DNA from: Coriobacteriaceae bacterium
GTDB lineage: Bacteria; Bacillota_I; Bacilli_A; RFN20; CAG-826
Reading direction: 5' to 3'
DNA length: 64,000 nucleotides
NCBI GenBank assembly: GCA_963612925.1
Contig: CAVDXG010000002.1
Span: 5,543-69,542, forward strand
The notes under the pieces are model-generated. The model did not search any database, was not told the origin of the DNA, and saw only the letters and a list, made by a program, of their open reading frames with translations. Shown here one piece after another: positions 9,134-19,347 of the stretch (positions are counted from its first letter, which is position 1; each line of letters opens with the position of its first letter). A program made the translations under genes and the position numbers.

Positions 9134-10144
9134 ATGAATATTGGAGTTATTGGAACAGGTACAGTAGCTAGTTGGGCATCAAGCATTTTGAATCAGCTTA
9201 ATGATCCAAAAATTAAATTGTATGCGTGCTTTGACGCGAATGAGGAAAAAGGAAAACAATTTAAAGAAAAATTCCATTATATTAACGCTTATAGCAATAT
9301 TGATGAATTGTTAAGAGATGAAAATGTTGATGTCATCTACATTGCTGTGCCAAATCATTTGCATAAAGAAATTGCATTGAAAGCATTAAATGCGAATAAA
9401 AATGTCGTCTTAGAAAAACCTTTCGCAGTCAACGAAAAAGATTGTCAAGAGATATTAAATTTAGCTAAAAAGAATAATTTGTTTATCTCTGAAGCTTTGT
9501 GGCCATTGTTTTTGCCATCATATAAGATGATTAAAGAAGAAATTAGTAGGGGCGTTATTGGCGAATTAGTTTCCGGCGAAATTATGATGCTCGATTTTGT
9601 GATGTTTTTAGATCGCGTCAAAAAACTTGAAACTGGCGGTGGTTCCCTTCTTGATGGCGGGCCATACACTTTAGGTTGCCTTACCTATTTCTTTGGAACT
9701 GATATAAAAGAAGTTAAATCAACTACCCGAAAACTCGATAGCGGTGTAGACGCCGAAGATGAAATTGATGTTAACTACAGTAATGGGGTAAAAGTTAAAA
9801 TTAAACAAACTATCGATTGTCCTCACGAGTTGCATCAAGAATATTTTGAAATTGTCGGAACAAAAGGAAAAATTAGATCAGATGTTGTTTCTAATCCTCA
9901 TCATGTCGATATTTTTGATTTAGAAGGCAAAATAATTAAATCATTAAAGATACCGCCTCAAATTAAAAATGAAGGCATGCCTCCTGTAAGCGGTTATGAA
10001 TATGAATGGATCGCCTTTGAAAAAGCGATTTCTAAAGGTGAAAAAGAATGCTTAGAAATTCCTCATTCATCAACTTTAACGATATCTTCACTCATGACTG
10101 AAGTAAGAAAACAAGCGAAGATTGAATTTCCTTTTGAGGATTAA
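9134..10144 (+). CDS. Gfo/Idh/MocA-family NAD(P)-dependent oxidoreductase
   Basis: MNIGVIGTGTVA Rossmann start and the EKPFAVN motif. SD AAGGAG lies upstream. Confidence 0.85.
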   Translation: MNIGVIGTGTVASWASSILNQLNDPKIKLYACFDANEEKGKQFKEKFHYINAYSNIDELLRDENVDVIYIAVPNHLHKEIALKALNANKNVVLEKPFAVNEKDCQEILNLAKKNNLFISEALWPLFLPSYKMIKEEISRGVIGELVSGEIMMLDFVMFLDRVKKLETGGGSLLDGGPYTLGCLTYFFGTDIKEVKSTTRKLDSGVDAEDEIDVNYSNGVKVKIKQTIDCPHELHQEYFEIVGTKGKIRSDVVSNPHHVDIFDLEGKIIKSLKIPPQIKNEGMPPVSGYEYEWIAFEKAISKGEKECLEIPHSSTLTISSLMTEVRKQAKIEFPFED

Positions 10145-11032
10145 TTATTTTAAGTTTATTAAGAACTGGTTGAAGACATATTCAATCAGTTTTTCTTTTA
10201 ACGGCGTTAAAGTTCCGTTTTTAAAAATCAAATCGATATAGCTTACTAACGGAGGATCTAATGGAATAATTTTAATTTCATTAGAATATTTGGTGTTGAT
10301 AAGTTCGGATAAATAGATGGTCACACCCTTATTTTTGATGACGTTTTCATAGATGATGTTCGCTTCATCAAAAAGAAGATGGGGAACTTTATTTATTTTA
10401 TTAAATTCATCAGTGATGACATCGTATAAAGTCGACTCTTTTGTTCTTAAAAATATTGTTTCTTTCGCAAGATCTTTAAACGATAATTTATCTCTTTTTG
10501 AAAGCGGATTTTTTACACTTATATAGACATAGGCTTGGCTTTTGCAAAGCGGTATATAAGACAATTCTGGATCACGAGTGATGGTAACCCTTTCTCTATG
10601 AAAAGCAAAATCAGCTTCTCCGTTTTTAACTTTTAAAGGTCCTAAGTGATTGGACAACTCGATTAGTTCGATGTTAACATTCGGGTTTTGATAAGTGAAA
10701 TTTTCGATAACTTTACCAGATAGTTCACGTGTTTGAATTGGGCTGAGGCAAATCTTTAATGATGAATTGTTTTCATATTCTCCTAGGATTCTATTTTCAT
10801 TGTAATCATTAAAATAAGCGATGATTTCTTCAGCGTGTGGCTTCAATATTTTTCCATATTCGGTGAGGATATTTTTTCTAGCGTTAACAAATAAGGACAC
10901 CGCTAGTTCATCTTCGATGCTTTTGATGTGTTTTGATAGAACCGACGGAGATATGCCAAGCTTTTCTGCAGCTTCTTTCATGTCGTAGCTTTCAGTTGCC
11001 ACGATAAAATCATGCAAATAATTTAGTTTCAT
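10145..11032 (-). CDS. LysR-family transcriptional regulator
   Basis: N-terminal wHTH AAEKLGISPSVLSKHIKSIEDELAVSLF and about 295 aa. ATGA overlap with the upstream LysR gene. Confidence 0.85.
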   Translation of the reverse strand: MKLNYLHDFIVATESYDMKEAAEKLGISPSVLSKHIKSIEDELAVSLFVNARKNILTEYGKILKPHAEEIIAYFNDYNENRILGEYENNSSLKICLSPIQTRELSGKVIENFTYQNPNVNIELIELSNHLGPLKVKNGEADFAFHRERVTITRDPELSYIPLCKSQAYVYISVKNPLSKRDKLSFKDLAKETIFLRTKESTLYDVITDEFNKINKVPHLLFDEANIIYENVIKNKGVTIYLSELINTKYSNEIKIIPLDPPLVSYIDLIFKNGTLTPLKEKLIEYVFNQFLINLK

Positions 11033-11922
11033 TTGTTCTCTTTCACCTTTTTGACTAGATAACTAATTACCTTTTTACCTAGGCTATTAATTGTATTTTT
11101 GTTGTAGACGATGACTATTTTTAAATCGAGAGGAATGTCGATATCTAACACAGTTGTTCCATTTAGTTGATGCTCGATTGTCGGCTTTTTTAAATCGAGA
11201 GTAGTGTACTCAGGATTATTTTTGATGTATTCATACGCCTGATTGCCGACAAATCCAGTTTTGACTATATCGACTTCAATATTATTTCTTTTGCACATTT
11301 CAAAAAGTATGGACATCGGTTTGGTCTCTGGCGATGAGGTAACAAATTTGTAGTCCTTGATTTCTTCTAATTTAATGCTTTTCTTTTTGGAAAGTGGGCT
11401 TTTATTATTGACTACCACGACTGGTTTATCTTTAGCTAATGTTATAGTTTCTAAATCTCTAACTTTGTCATAAGGATCTTCTAATAAGACAGCGATATCG
11501 CAGACGCCATCTTTGATCATTGCAATTAGCGATTCAGAAGCATCTTCAATGATATTGATTTTGGCGTAGGAGTTTTCAACGATAAAATTAGCGAATAGTT
11601 TATTAATGTTGTATAAGGAAATCAAATAATTATAGCCGATGCGGAGCTCGCCGCTTTTTTCGCGTTTAGCTTTAGATAATAACTCGTTGCAAGTCTTTTC
11701 AATTTTGCTAACTTGTCTAGCAAAAAAGAGAAATCTCGTGCCCTCACGAGTTAAATCGACATGCTTGGTTGTTCTATTGAACAAAGTGACGCCAAGTTCT
11801 TCTTCTAACGCCATGATGTGGCGGGACAGTGTTGATTGGGTGACAAACATGATTTCGGAGGCAATTAAATAGTTTCTTTGCTCCGCTAAAACGATAAATT
11901 CATTAATTTGTTCTGTAGTCAT
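11029..11922 (-). CDS. LysR-family transcriptional regulator
   Basis: N-terminal wHTH ASEIMFVTQSTLSRHIMALEEELGVTLFNR and about 297 aa. It is divergent from the ABC transporter operon. Confidence 0.85.
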   Translation of the reverse strand: MTTEQINEFIVLAEQRNYLIASEIMFVTQSTLSRHIMALEEELGVTLFNRTTKHVDLTREGTRFLFFARQVSKIEKTCNELLSKAKREKSGELRIGYNYLISLYNINKLFANFIVENSYAKINIIEDASESLIAMIKDGVCDIAVLLEDPYDKVRDLETITLAKDKPVVVVNNKSPLSKKKSIKLEEIKDYKFVTSSPETKPMSILFEMCKRNNIEVDIVKTGFVGNQAYEYIKNNPEYTTLDLKKPTIEHQLNGTTVLDIDIPLDLKIVIVYNKNTINSLGKKVISYLVKKVKENK

Positions 11923-12707
11923 AATAGGCTCTAATTTCCATTTCTGAATAAATAATAGAAAACATAAATTATTAAGTCAAGATATTTGCTATACCATTAA
12001 ATCAACAAAAAAAATTCCCCTAGATAAAACCGATGTCGTTATAGAAAAACATCAGAAAAAAATATCAAGTTTAGAAATTAGTCAATTTAGTTGTTCACTA
12101 ATCTTGATAGCCCTTTCACTTCCTTAAGAGATTAAGGCAAAAATAGTTCTTTGAAACCCCGGCTAATTAATTTATATCGCTTTCGATGTTAGCGGTTACA
12201 TCATTTTATTATCTTTATAAATAAATAGATTGACTGCTTAAAAACGAAAGTTCAGTAATTAATAGCAAAATCATTAAGTTTCATAAGCGTTAATACTTTT
12301 TATATCGCTTTTGATACATAGTTCAAAGAGTTCGTCTTCTAACTTTTTGAGCACCTTCTTATTTGATTTAGAAGGAGTATTGGCTTTTTGGTTTTTTATT
12401 TAAGAAACGTACTTAAACAAAAAGCTGAAGAGGCAACACACAATTAGAGACTGTCTATGGCTTTGACGAAAATATAAGCCCCTTTTTAACTACATTTTCT
12501 TCATCACAGTTTCTTAGTTAAAAAAGGTGTTAGTTCATTTATCTATTTATGGGCTAAATGTAATTGCGTTTTTTATTCTCTTATCGCTCTTTATTATGAG
12601 ATAAAAAAATTGCTTTAGTTCTAGTTATAATAACTATAACAATAGAAACCTATGATGAGAAAGGCGACCCTTAAAGGGTCATTCAAATAATACAAGGAGA
12701 ATTATTT

Positions 12708-15359
12708 ATGAAAAGAAAAAGCTTAACCGCAATCATGGCTTTATTGTGTTCTTCTACACTTTTAGCTTCCTGCGGTAATGGCTCCACCGACGATCAATTG
12801 GATGAAGACGGTCTTTATCCAAAAATTACTGCCGCAGTTCGAATGGACATCGATAATCTTCAACCAACGAATGGTAATAGTACACCTAAAAATGCCTTCT
12901 ATTACAATCTTTATGAATCGTTGTTTGATCTAGATGATGATGGAAAATTCGCACCAGATTTAGCTAAGAAATTAGATTTTATTAGCCCAACTCAATGGAG
13001 AGTTACTCTTTTTAATGGCATAAAAGATTCTAATGGCAATGAAATTACTGGTGAGGATGTCGTTTCATCCACTCAATGGCTAATCGATGCTGCTGAAAAC
13101 TTAAACTATGAATTATTTGATCACTGTGCAGTGGTTGAAGGCGAACCTCTTCAAGTTGATTATTTCTGGAAGAGTCAGCCAAAGTCAGTTTCGGAAGTGG
13201 AATTTCCTCTTTGCCGAACATTTATTTTTGACAAGCAATACAAAGGCAGTGACTTTGGTCAAAAACCAGTTGCCACCGGCGCTTATACTGTCAAATCTTA
13301 CACCAAGAGCAACAATGTTATTTTATCCTACAATGATAACTATTGGGCTAAATCATGCACTGATGAAGAAGTGAAAAATCGTCTTGCTCTTCACAAAGGC
13401 ATGGTTCGTGAAATCGAATACAAAATTATTACTAATACCGCGACTGCAACAGCCGCGATGCAATCTGGTTCCATTGATTATTTTGATTATGTCAAATCCA
13501 ATCAAGTGAACTTATTTAACTCTGATAAATACACTGTCGGAGAAGAAATTAGCGATTCCTACACCTGGCTTGGTTTCAATATGTCAACAAAGAGCCACTT
13601 TGCTGATAACTTGGAATTAAGACAAGCCATTGCCTGGGCTTTAGATAGCGATACTATCGCAAGCTATATTCCTGGCAACTATGAAGCGATGAAGACTTAT
13701 GGAACTCCGTATTTCAAAGACTACAACGCTGATTGGGAAAAGGATGAAACCTATCTCTTAAAACAAGATTTAACAAAAGCAAAATCCTTATTGACTGAAT
13801 CTGGTTTTGATACATCAAAGACAATTAAAATCATGGCTAAATCTTCTGATGAAGATAAAAATGCTGGACAAATTATTGAAAACCAACTTGAAAATGGTCT
13901 TGGTTTAAAAGTCGAAGTTACCTACAAAGATAGCACTTTATTCCAAACCGATACCGGCGTTGATACCGCTTGGGATATTGTTTTATTCTCCGGCATGGGT
14001 GGATCTTCGCTTGTCGGTTCTTGGCAACTTGCTCTTTCAGGAGTTAACACCGATCAATCCACAGGTGAAAAATACACCTTAACCTTCAATAAAGATGCCA
14101 CTCTATTTGAAAAATACGCTAAAGCAGATGCCTCTTATTCAACTACTGAAGCTAAAAGTGCAGCGATTAAAGAATGCATCGATTATGTATTTGAAAATGC
14201 ATATGTCTATCCTTTGGATTATGCTAGATCAAATCCTGTTTATTTAAGTGCCAAACTTAAAGCTTTATACAAAAGAGAAGGTGTCACAACTCTAGCTTGT
14301 TCAACTTATAAAGACCAAACCGAAAATAAAGATGGTTCTGATAGAACTACTTATGAAATGCCTGTTTGGGGAACAGTCGATCCAGCTTTAGTTGGTACAT
14401 ACACTTTTGAAGCTCCATCGATGACTGCGACTATGACTGGAACTTATACTCTTGTTCTCAACGCTGATGGAACATTCAAATTAACTGGCGATTATTCTAA
14501 CCTTGGTGAAATTAATTACATTGAAGGAACTTGGGTTTTATATAACGGCATTGTCACCTTGAATCAAATTGGTGAAGCCACCGTTGTTAAAGGCGGAAAT
14601 GATAAATTCTGTGCTAACGGATGGTATGATTCTGATGCCAAACAAGTCTATGTCAAGATTACTGATGGCAAGTGCTCAGCTTACATTGCTGATGAAGAAC
14701 CTGATGAACTTCCAGGCATCGTAAATCACTATGTCAATAACGAAGGTTATGACTGCTTTGTCTATGACAAACGAGTCTACGTTTTAATTAAAAACGAAGC
14801 TAAAGATGAAGCTAGCAATACTGAAACTGGTAAAGCTGTCCTTGTCTATGAAGGCGCTAGCGAAATTGTCTATCGTGGCAGCTTCTCAAAGGTCGGACCT
14901 GCTATTACATTGAATAGTTGTACTACCGACGGCGGAACATTTGATGAATGGTTCTGGGAAGGTGAATCAGGTAGCAAGACCTGCACATGGAACATTAAAG
15001 GTGCCGGCGTTATTGAACCTAAAGTTTCCGAACTTCCAGGCATCGTAAATCACTATGTTAATAGCGAAGGTTACATGCTTTGGAACTGGAATAACATGGT
15101 TTATTTGCTCACCAAAACAGAAGCTACTTCAACCGACAATGTTGAGACTGGTAAAGCTGTCCTTGTCTTTGAAGATAGCAAAAACAATGCTGAAGTTGTC
15201 TATCGTGGCGACTTCTCAAAAACCGGACCAAATATTACTGTCAGCAATTGCACCGCTGATGGTGGGGATTTCCAAGAATTCTTCTGGAAAGGCGAAACAG
15301 GCAGCAAGACTTGCATCTGGGTCATTTCCGGTGCTGGTGTTATCGGACCGAACGAATAA
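12708..15359 (+). CDS. Lipoprotein, ABC transporter substrate-binding protein (family 5, Opp/Dpp/oligosaccharide type) with a C-terminal extension of about 340 aa
   Basis: Lipobox LLASCGNG. The first ~540 aa look like a family-5 SBP, and the gene heads an operon with two Dpp/Opp-type permeases and two ATPases. SD AAGGAG is at 12694-12699. Confidence 0.85.
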   Translation: MKRKSLTAIMALLCSSTLLASCGNGSTDDQLDEDGLYPKITAAVRMDIDNLQPTNGNSTPKNAFYYNLYESLFDLDDDGKFAPDLAKKLDFISPTQWRVTLFNGIKDSNGNEITGEDVVSSTQWLIDAAENLNYELFDHCAVVEGEPLQVDYFWKSQPKSVSEVEFPLCRTFIFDKQYKGSDFGQKPVATGAYTVKSYTKSNNVILSYNDNYWAKSCTDEEVKNRLALHKGMVREIEYKIITNTATATAAMQSGSIDYFDYVKSNQVNLFNSDKYTVGEEISDSYTWLGFNMSTKSHFADNLELRQAIAWALDSDTIASYIPGNYEAMKTYGTPYFKDYNADWEKDETYLLKQDLTKAKSLLTESGFDTSKTIKIMAKSSDEDKNAGQIIENQLENGLGLKVEVTYKDSTLFQTDTGVDTAWDIVLFSGMGGSSLVGSWQLALSGVNTDQSTGEKYTLTFNKDATLFEKYAKADASYSTTEAKSAAIKECIDYVFENAYVYPLDYARSNPVYLSAKLKALYKREGVTTLACSTYKDQTENKDGSDRTTYEMPVWGTVDPALVGTYTFEAPSMTATMTGTYTLVLNADGTFKLTGDYSNLGEINYIEGTWVLYNGIVTLNQIGEATVVKGGNDKFCANGWYDSDAKQVYVKITDGKCSAYIADEEPDELPGIVNHYVNNEGYDCFVYDKRVYVLIKNEAKDEASNTETGKAVLVYEGASEIVYRGSFSKVGPAITLNSCTTDGGTFDEWFWEGESGSKTCTWNIKGAGVIEPKVSELPGIVNHYVNSEGYMLWNWNNMVYLLTKTEATSTDNVETGKAVLVFEDSKNNAEVVYRGDFSKTGPNITVSNCTADGGDFQEFFWKGETGSKTCIWVISGAGVIGPNE
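14706..15356 (+). repeat. In-frame tandem duplication (2 x ~108 codons) inside the SBP C-terminal extension
   Basis: 14706-14734 and 15030-15058 are identical (gaacttccaggcatcgtaaatcactatgt). A second identical block, actggtaaagctgtccttgtct, occurs in both units. Protein units are ELPGIVNHYVN..ETGKAVLV..VYRG.FSK.GP.IT...C.DGG.F.E.FW.GE.GSKTC.W.I.GAGVI.P. Confidence 0.9.
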
Positions 15360-15415
15360 TTAATTAAAATTTGAGGTGGGTCAATTATTGACTCACCTCT
15401 ACTTAAAGGAAAAAT

Positions 15416-16378
15416 ATGATTAGATATGTAATTAGAAGGCTACTCTCCGTCATCTTGATCATTCTTGGTGGTGCTTTTGTGGCTTTTACATTCCTATATT
15501 TAGTTCCTGGCGGAAATGGGCTAGATGTGGCTAGATTAATTCTAGGAACATCTGCTTCACAAGAGCAATTAGTGGAGAAAGCTCATCTACTTGGTGTTGA
15601 TGAACCTTATTTTGTTCAACTTGGCAAATACTTCTTTAATACTTTTATTAGATTTGATTTTGGAACATCATGGAGAGATGGCTCTTCAGTAATTCAATCA
15701 ATCGGGCAACGAGCAGGACATACGCTTATTGTCGGAGGATTTGGACTCATATTAAATGTTATCCTTGGAACGGTATTAGGTATTTTTGCAGCCACTCATG
15801 AAGGCAAATGGCAAGACTCATTAACCATGATTATAGCTATGGTTTTTGTCAGTGCCCCTGGTTTCTGGGTTGCTCTTATGTGTATAAATCTGTTCTCAGT
15901 GAATCTTGGTTGGGTATCGCCGATCTTTGTTGAAGGAGATTGGACTACTTATATTTTGCCAACTGTCACTGGAGCTTTAGGTGGCATTGCCATCAACGCT
16001 CGTCAATCTCGAAGTGCGATGCTTGAGGTTATTCGAGCTGATTATGTAACTACCGCCCGTAGCAAAGGGCAAAAAGAGAAAAAAGTTGTTTGGAAGCACA
16101 TGCTTCCTAATGCGATGATGCCGATTATTACTGGCGTCGGCGGTGGACTAGCTATGATTGTAGCGGGTTCTCCTGTTATGGAACTTTTGTTCTCAATTCC
16201 TGGTATTGGAGCTTATATGTTATCTGGCATTAACGGAAGAGATAGACCAGTCGTTGTTGGCTGCGTTATCTTCTTTGCCTTATTTACCGGTGTGGTCATG
16301 ATTTTGACCGACTTAGCGTATGCTTTCTTAGATCCTCGTATCAAAGCACAATATGCTTCTGGAAGGAGGAAAAAATAA
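15416..16378 (+). CDS. ABC transporter permease (DppB/OppB type)
   Basis: Six predicted TM helices. EAA-loop region TARSKGQKEKKVVWKHMLPNAMMPIIT. Confidence 0.9.
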   Translation: MIRYVIRRLLSVILIILGGAFVAFTFLYLVPGGNGLDVARLILGTSASQEQLVEKAHLLGVDEPYFVQLGKYFFNTFIRFDFGTSWRDGSSVIQSIGQRAGHTLIVGGFGLILNVILGTVLGIFAATHEGKWQDSLTMIIAMVFVSAPGFWVALMCINLFSVNLGWVSPIFVEGDWTTYILPTVTGALGGIAINARQSRSAMLEVIRADYVTTARSKGQKEKKVVWKHMLPNAMMPIITGVGGGLAMIVAGSPVMELLFSIPGIGAYMLSGINGRDRPVVVGCVIFFALFTGVVMILTDLAYAFLDPRIKAQYASGRRKK

Positions 16379-17289
16379 TGGATAAATTTCTGAATTTTTT
16401 AAAGAATTTATGGTCAAAAATTACCAAATTCTTTAAAACAAATAAAACATGGTTGACCTTCAAAGATTTTTGGCGAAGATTAACTAAATCATGGTCTTCA
16501 AAGATTGGAATGATTTTGCTTCTTTGCATCGTTTTATTCTGTTTGTTCTACCCACTTTTTTCTCCGTACGGAATTAACGACATGACTCTTGAAAATGTCA
16601 ACGCCACTCCAACATGGGAGCACTGGGCTGGATGTGATTCAATGGGTCGAGACATGTTAACGCGTATCGCTTATGGCGGAAGATTTTCACTACTACTCGG
16701 CATTATCTCTGCGCTTGTTGGAGCGATGATTGGTGTTGCAATTGGCTTAGTTGCCGGTTATATCGGTGGACCAGTTGAAAATGTCATCATGCGCATTATG
16801 GATGTTTGGTCATCTATTCCAGGAATGCTTCTATGCATTATTATCTCTGCCTCTTTCGGAGGAGGATTCTTTACCACAATTATTGCTTTAACTGTCGGAG
16901 GAATTCCAGGCAGTGTCAGAATGATTCGAGGTCAAGTTTTAACCGAACGCAGCAAAGAATATATCGAAGCTGCTGAATCAATTAACTGCTCTAAAGCCAA
17001 AATTATGTTCAAGCATTTATTACCAAATGTTATTCAGCCTGTCATTGTTACTACAACGATGAGCATCGGCGGAACAATTGGTATGGCTGCTTCATTAGCT
17101 TATATTGGATTAGGCGTTCAACCGCCGACACCTGAATGGGGGCAAATGTTATCTGAAGGACAAGCCGACTTCATGGTTTACCCTCATTTAATCTTAGTTC
17201 CTGGCCTTGCGATTGCTTTAACTATTCTAGCTATTAACCTTGTTGGAGATGGGCTAAGAGACGCTCTCGATCCAAAGATGAGAGGATAG
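16378..17289 (+). CDS. ABC transporter permease (DppC/OppC type)
   Basis: EAAESINCSKAKIMFKHLLPNVIQPVIV loop. TAATG overlap with the upstream permease gene. Confidence 0.9.
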   Translation: MDKFLNFLKNLWSKITKFFKTNKTWLTFKDFWRRLTKSWSSKIGMILLLCIVLFCLFYPLFSPYGINDMTLENVNATPTWEHWAGCDSMGRDMLTRIAYGGRFSLLLGIISALVGAMIGVAIGLVAGYIGGPVENVIMRIMDVWSSIPGMLLCIIISASFGGGFFTTIIALTVGGIPGSVRMIRGQVLTERSKEYIEAAESINCSKAKIMFKHLLPNVIQPVIVTTTMSIGGTIGMAASLAYIGLGVQPPTPEWGQMLSEGQADFMVYPHLILVPGLAIALTILAINLVGDGLRDALDPKMRG

Positions 17290-17298
17290 GAATTCATT

Positions 17299-18327
17299 AT
17301 GAAAAAGAAAAATAAATTTACAGTTGTTGATACTGAAGTGCATGAAAATCCTAAAAAACCTCTCAATGACTTTTTAGATATTCGTAATCTTGAAGTCATT
17401 TACACTCAAGGAAAAGATATTGTTCAAGCTGTCAACGGCGTTTCATTTGTTCTAAACAAAGGAAAGACCTTAGGATTAGTCGGTGAAACTGGGGCAGGTA
17501 AAACTACCATTGCCAAATCAATCTTAAGAATTTTGCCAGATTTATCTTCAAAAGTTTTGCGAGGAGAAATTTGGTTTAAAGGAAAAGATTTAAATAGAGC
17601 TTCTATTGATGATATGTATGAAATTCGTGGCAGTAAAATAGCGATGATTTTCCAAGACCCTATGACAGCTTTAAATCCTCTTATGACTGTTGGCGATCAA
17701 ATCAAAGAAGTTGTTTTGTTACATAACAATATCACTCATAAAGAAGCTATGGACCGCGTTGGCGATATGCTAGAAATGGTTGGCATCCCTCGTGAAAGAT
17801 ATGTCGAATACCCTCATCAATTTAGCGGCGGAATGAAACAACGTGTTGTCATTGCTATGGCTTTAGCTTGCGATCCGGAATTATTAATTGCCGATGAACC
17901 AACAACAGCCTTAGATGTTACCATCCAAGCGCAGGTTCTTGATATGATTCGCGACTTAAGAGAAAAACTTAATACTTCGATGATTCTTATTACTCACGAT
18001 TTAGGAGTGGTCGCCGAAACATGCGATGATGTCGCGGTTATTTATGCTGGACACATTGTTGAAATGGGTTCAAAAGTTGATTTATTTGATAATCCTAAGC
18101 ATCCATATACATTAGGTTTATTTGGCTCTTTGCCTAATATGGCAAAAGGTGAGAAAAGATTGCATTCAATCAAAGGTTTACCGCCAGATCCGACTAAACT
18201 TCCGAAAGGATGTCCGTTTGCTCCTCGTTGTCCTCATGCATGCGCTAAATGTAGTGAAGATATAGATGTGCCAAATGTTGAGGTTACATCAGGACATTTT
18301 GTGAGATGTTATCGGGAGGTTAAATAA
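17299..18327 (+). CDS. ABC transporter ATP-binding protein (OppD/DppD type)
   Basis: Walker [10 protein letters not shown], signature FSGGMKQR, Walker [13 protein letters not shown], and a C-terminal Cys-rich Opp-type tail. Confidence 0.9.
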   Translation: MKKKNKFTVVDTEVHENPKKPLNDFLDIRNLEVIYTQGKDIVQAVNGVSFVLNKGKTLGLVGETGAGKTTIAKSILRILPDLSSKVLRGEIWFKGKDLNRASIDDMYEIRGSKIAMIFQDPMTALNPLMTVGDQIKEVVLLHNNITHKEAMDRVGDMLEMVGIPRERYVEYPHQFSGGMKQRVVIAMALACDPELLIADEPTTALDVTIQAQVLDMIRDLREKLNTSMILITHDLGVVAETCDDVAVIYAGHIVEMGSKVDLFDNPKHPYTLGLFGSLPNMAKGEKRLHSIKGLPPDPTKLPKGCPFAPRCPHACAKCSEDIDVPNVEVTSGHFVRCYREVK

Positions 18328-18328
18328 G

Positions 18329-19333
18329 ATGAGTGAAAAGAAAAATAGCAATGCTCCTTTAATCGAAGTTGAGCATTTGAAGAAATATTTCAAAGTCCCA
18401 TCCGGAACAAATCATGCGGTAGATGATGTCAGTTTTGTCATCAACCATCATGAAACATTAGGAGTAGTTGGTGAATCCGGGTGCGGAAAATCAACATTAG
18501 GTAGAACTATCATTCGCTTATTAGAAGCGACTGATGGCACAGTTAAACTTAATGGCGAAGATATTACTCATGTTAAACGTCATAAACTACGAAAAGCTCG
18601 TGAAAAAATGCAAATTGTTTTCCAAGATCCTTATTCTAGTTTGAATCCGCGTCTTAGAGTTGAAAGTGCAATTATTGAGCCTTTAAAACATTCTGGTAGA
18701 TTCAAAACTAAAAAAGAATTAAAAGCGGAAGCAAATCGTTTGATGGAACTTGTCGGAATTGATGAAAGATTGCGTCAAAGTTATCCGCATGAGCTTGATG
18801 GCGGAAGACGCCAAAGAGTTGGTATCGCTCGCGCTTTAGCGCTCAATCCAGATTTTATTGTCTGCGATGAGCCGGTTTCTGCCCTTGATGTTTCTATTCA
18901 AGCTCAGGTTTTGAATTTGCTTATGGATTTGCAAGATCAACTTGGACTTGCCTATATGTTTGTTACTCACGATTTATCTGTTGTCAGACATATATCCGAC
19001 CACATCTTGGTTATGTATTTAGGTCAAGCGGTGGAAAAAGCTCCAACTGAAGAACTTTTTGAACACACTTTGCATCCATATACCAAAGCACTATTATCAG
19101 CGATTCCATCAACTGATATTCATCATCCGATGCAACGCATTCGACTTAAAGGTGAAATTACTTCACCTATTAATCCAAAACCTGGATGTCGTTTCTATGC
19201 CCGCTGTCCATATTCATGCGAAAAATGTTTAGAACCGCAAGTGCTTGAAGAAGTGCTTCCGAATCATTTTGTGCAGTGCTGCCGTTGCCGTGAGATTAAC
19301 AATTTAAATGGCACAAATAAAAAGAAAAAATAG
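18329..19333 (+). CDS. ABC transporter ATP-binding protein (OppF/DppF type) with a non-canonical signature motif
   Basis: Walker A GESGCGKST and Walker B FIVCDEPVSALD. The signature position reads LDGGRRQR instead of (L/F)SGGQRQR. Confidence 0.9.
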   Translation: MSEKKNSNAPLIEVEHLKKYFKVPSGTNHAVDDVSFVINHHETLGVVGESGCGKSTLGRTIIRLLEATDGTVKLNGEDITHVKRHKLRKAREKMQIVFQDPYSSLNPRLRVESAIIEPLKHSGRFKTKKELKAEANRLMELVGIDERLRQSYPHELDGGRRQRVGIARALALNPDFIVCDEPVSALDVSIQAQVLNLLMDLQDQLGLAYMFVTHDLSVVRHISDHILVMYLGQAVEKAPTEELFEHTLHPYTKALLSAIPSTDIHHPMQRIRLKGEITSPINPKPGCRFYARCPYSCEKCLEPQVLEEVLPNHFVQCCRCREINNLNGTNKKKK

Positions 19334-19347
19334 CAAGGAAACATATT

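Noticed and set aside
7143-9669. Minus-strand ORFs 7143-7439, 7990-8175, 8265-8543 and 9445-9669 from the track
   Set aside because: All lie antisense to much longer, motif-supported + strand genes (ChbG-like, MATE, Gfo/Idh/MocA). Their translations are low-complexity with no motifs. They are shadow ORFs typical of AT-rich DNA.
12666-12680. Palindrome GACCCTT-A-AAGGGTC upstream of the SBP gene considered as a terminator
   Set aside because: It has a one-base loop and no following T-run, so it is not a credible intrinsic terminator. It is kept only as a possible operator within the control-region finding.
11639-15363. Alternative-frame or antisense ORFs 11639-11872, 13108-13374 and 15055-15363
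   Set aside because: They are embedded in the LysR and SBP genes. The 15055-15363 ORF simply reads the tandem repeat in another frame.
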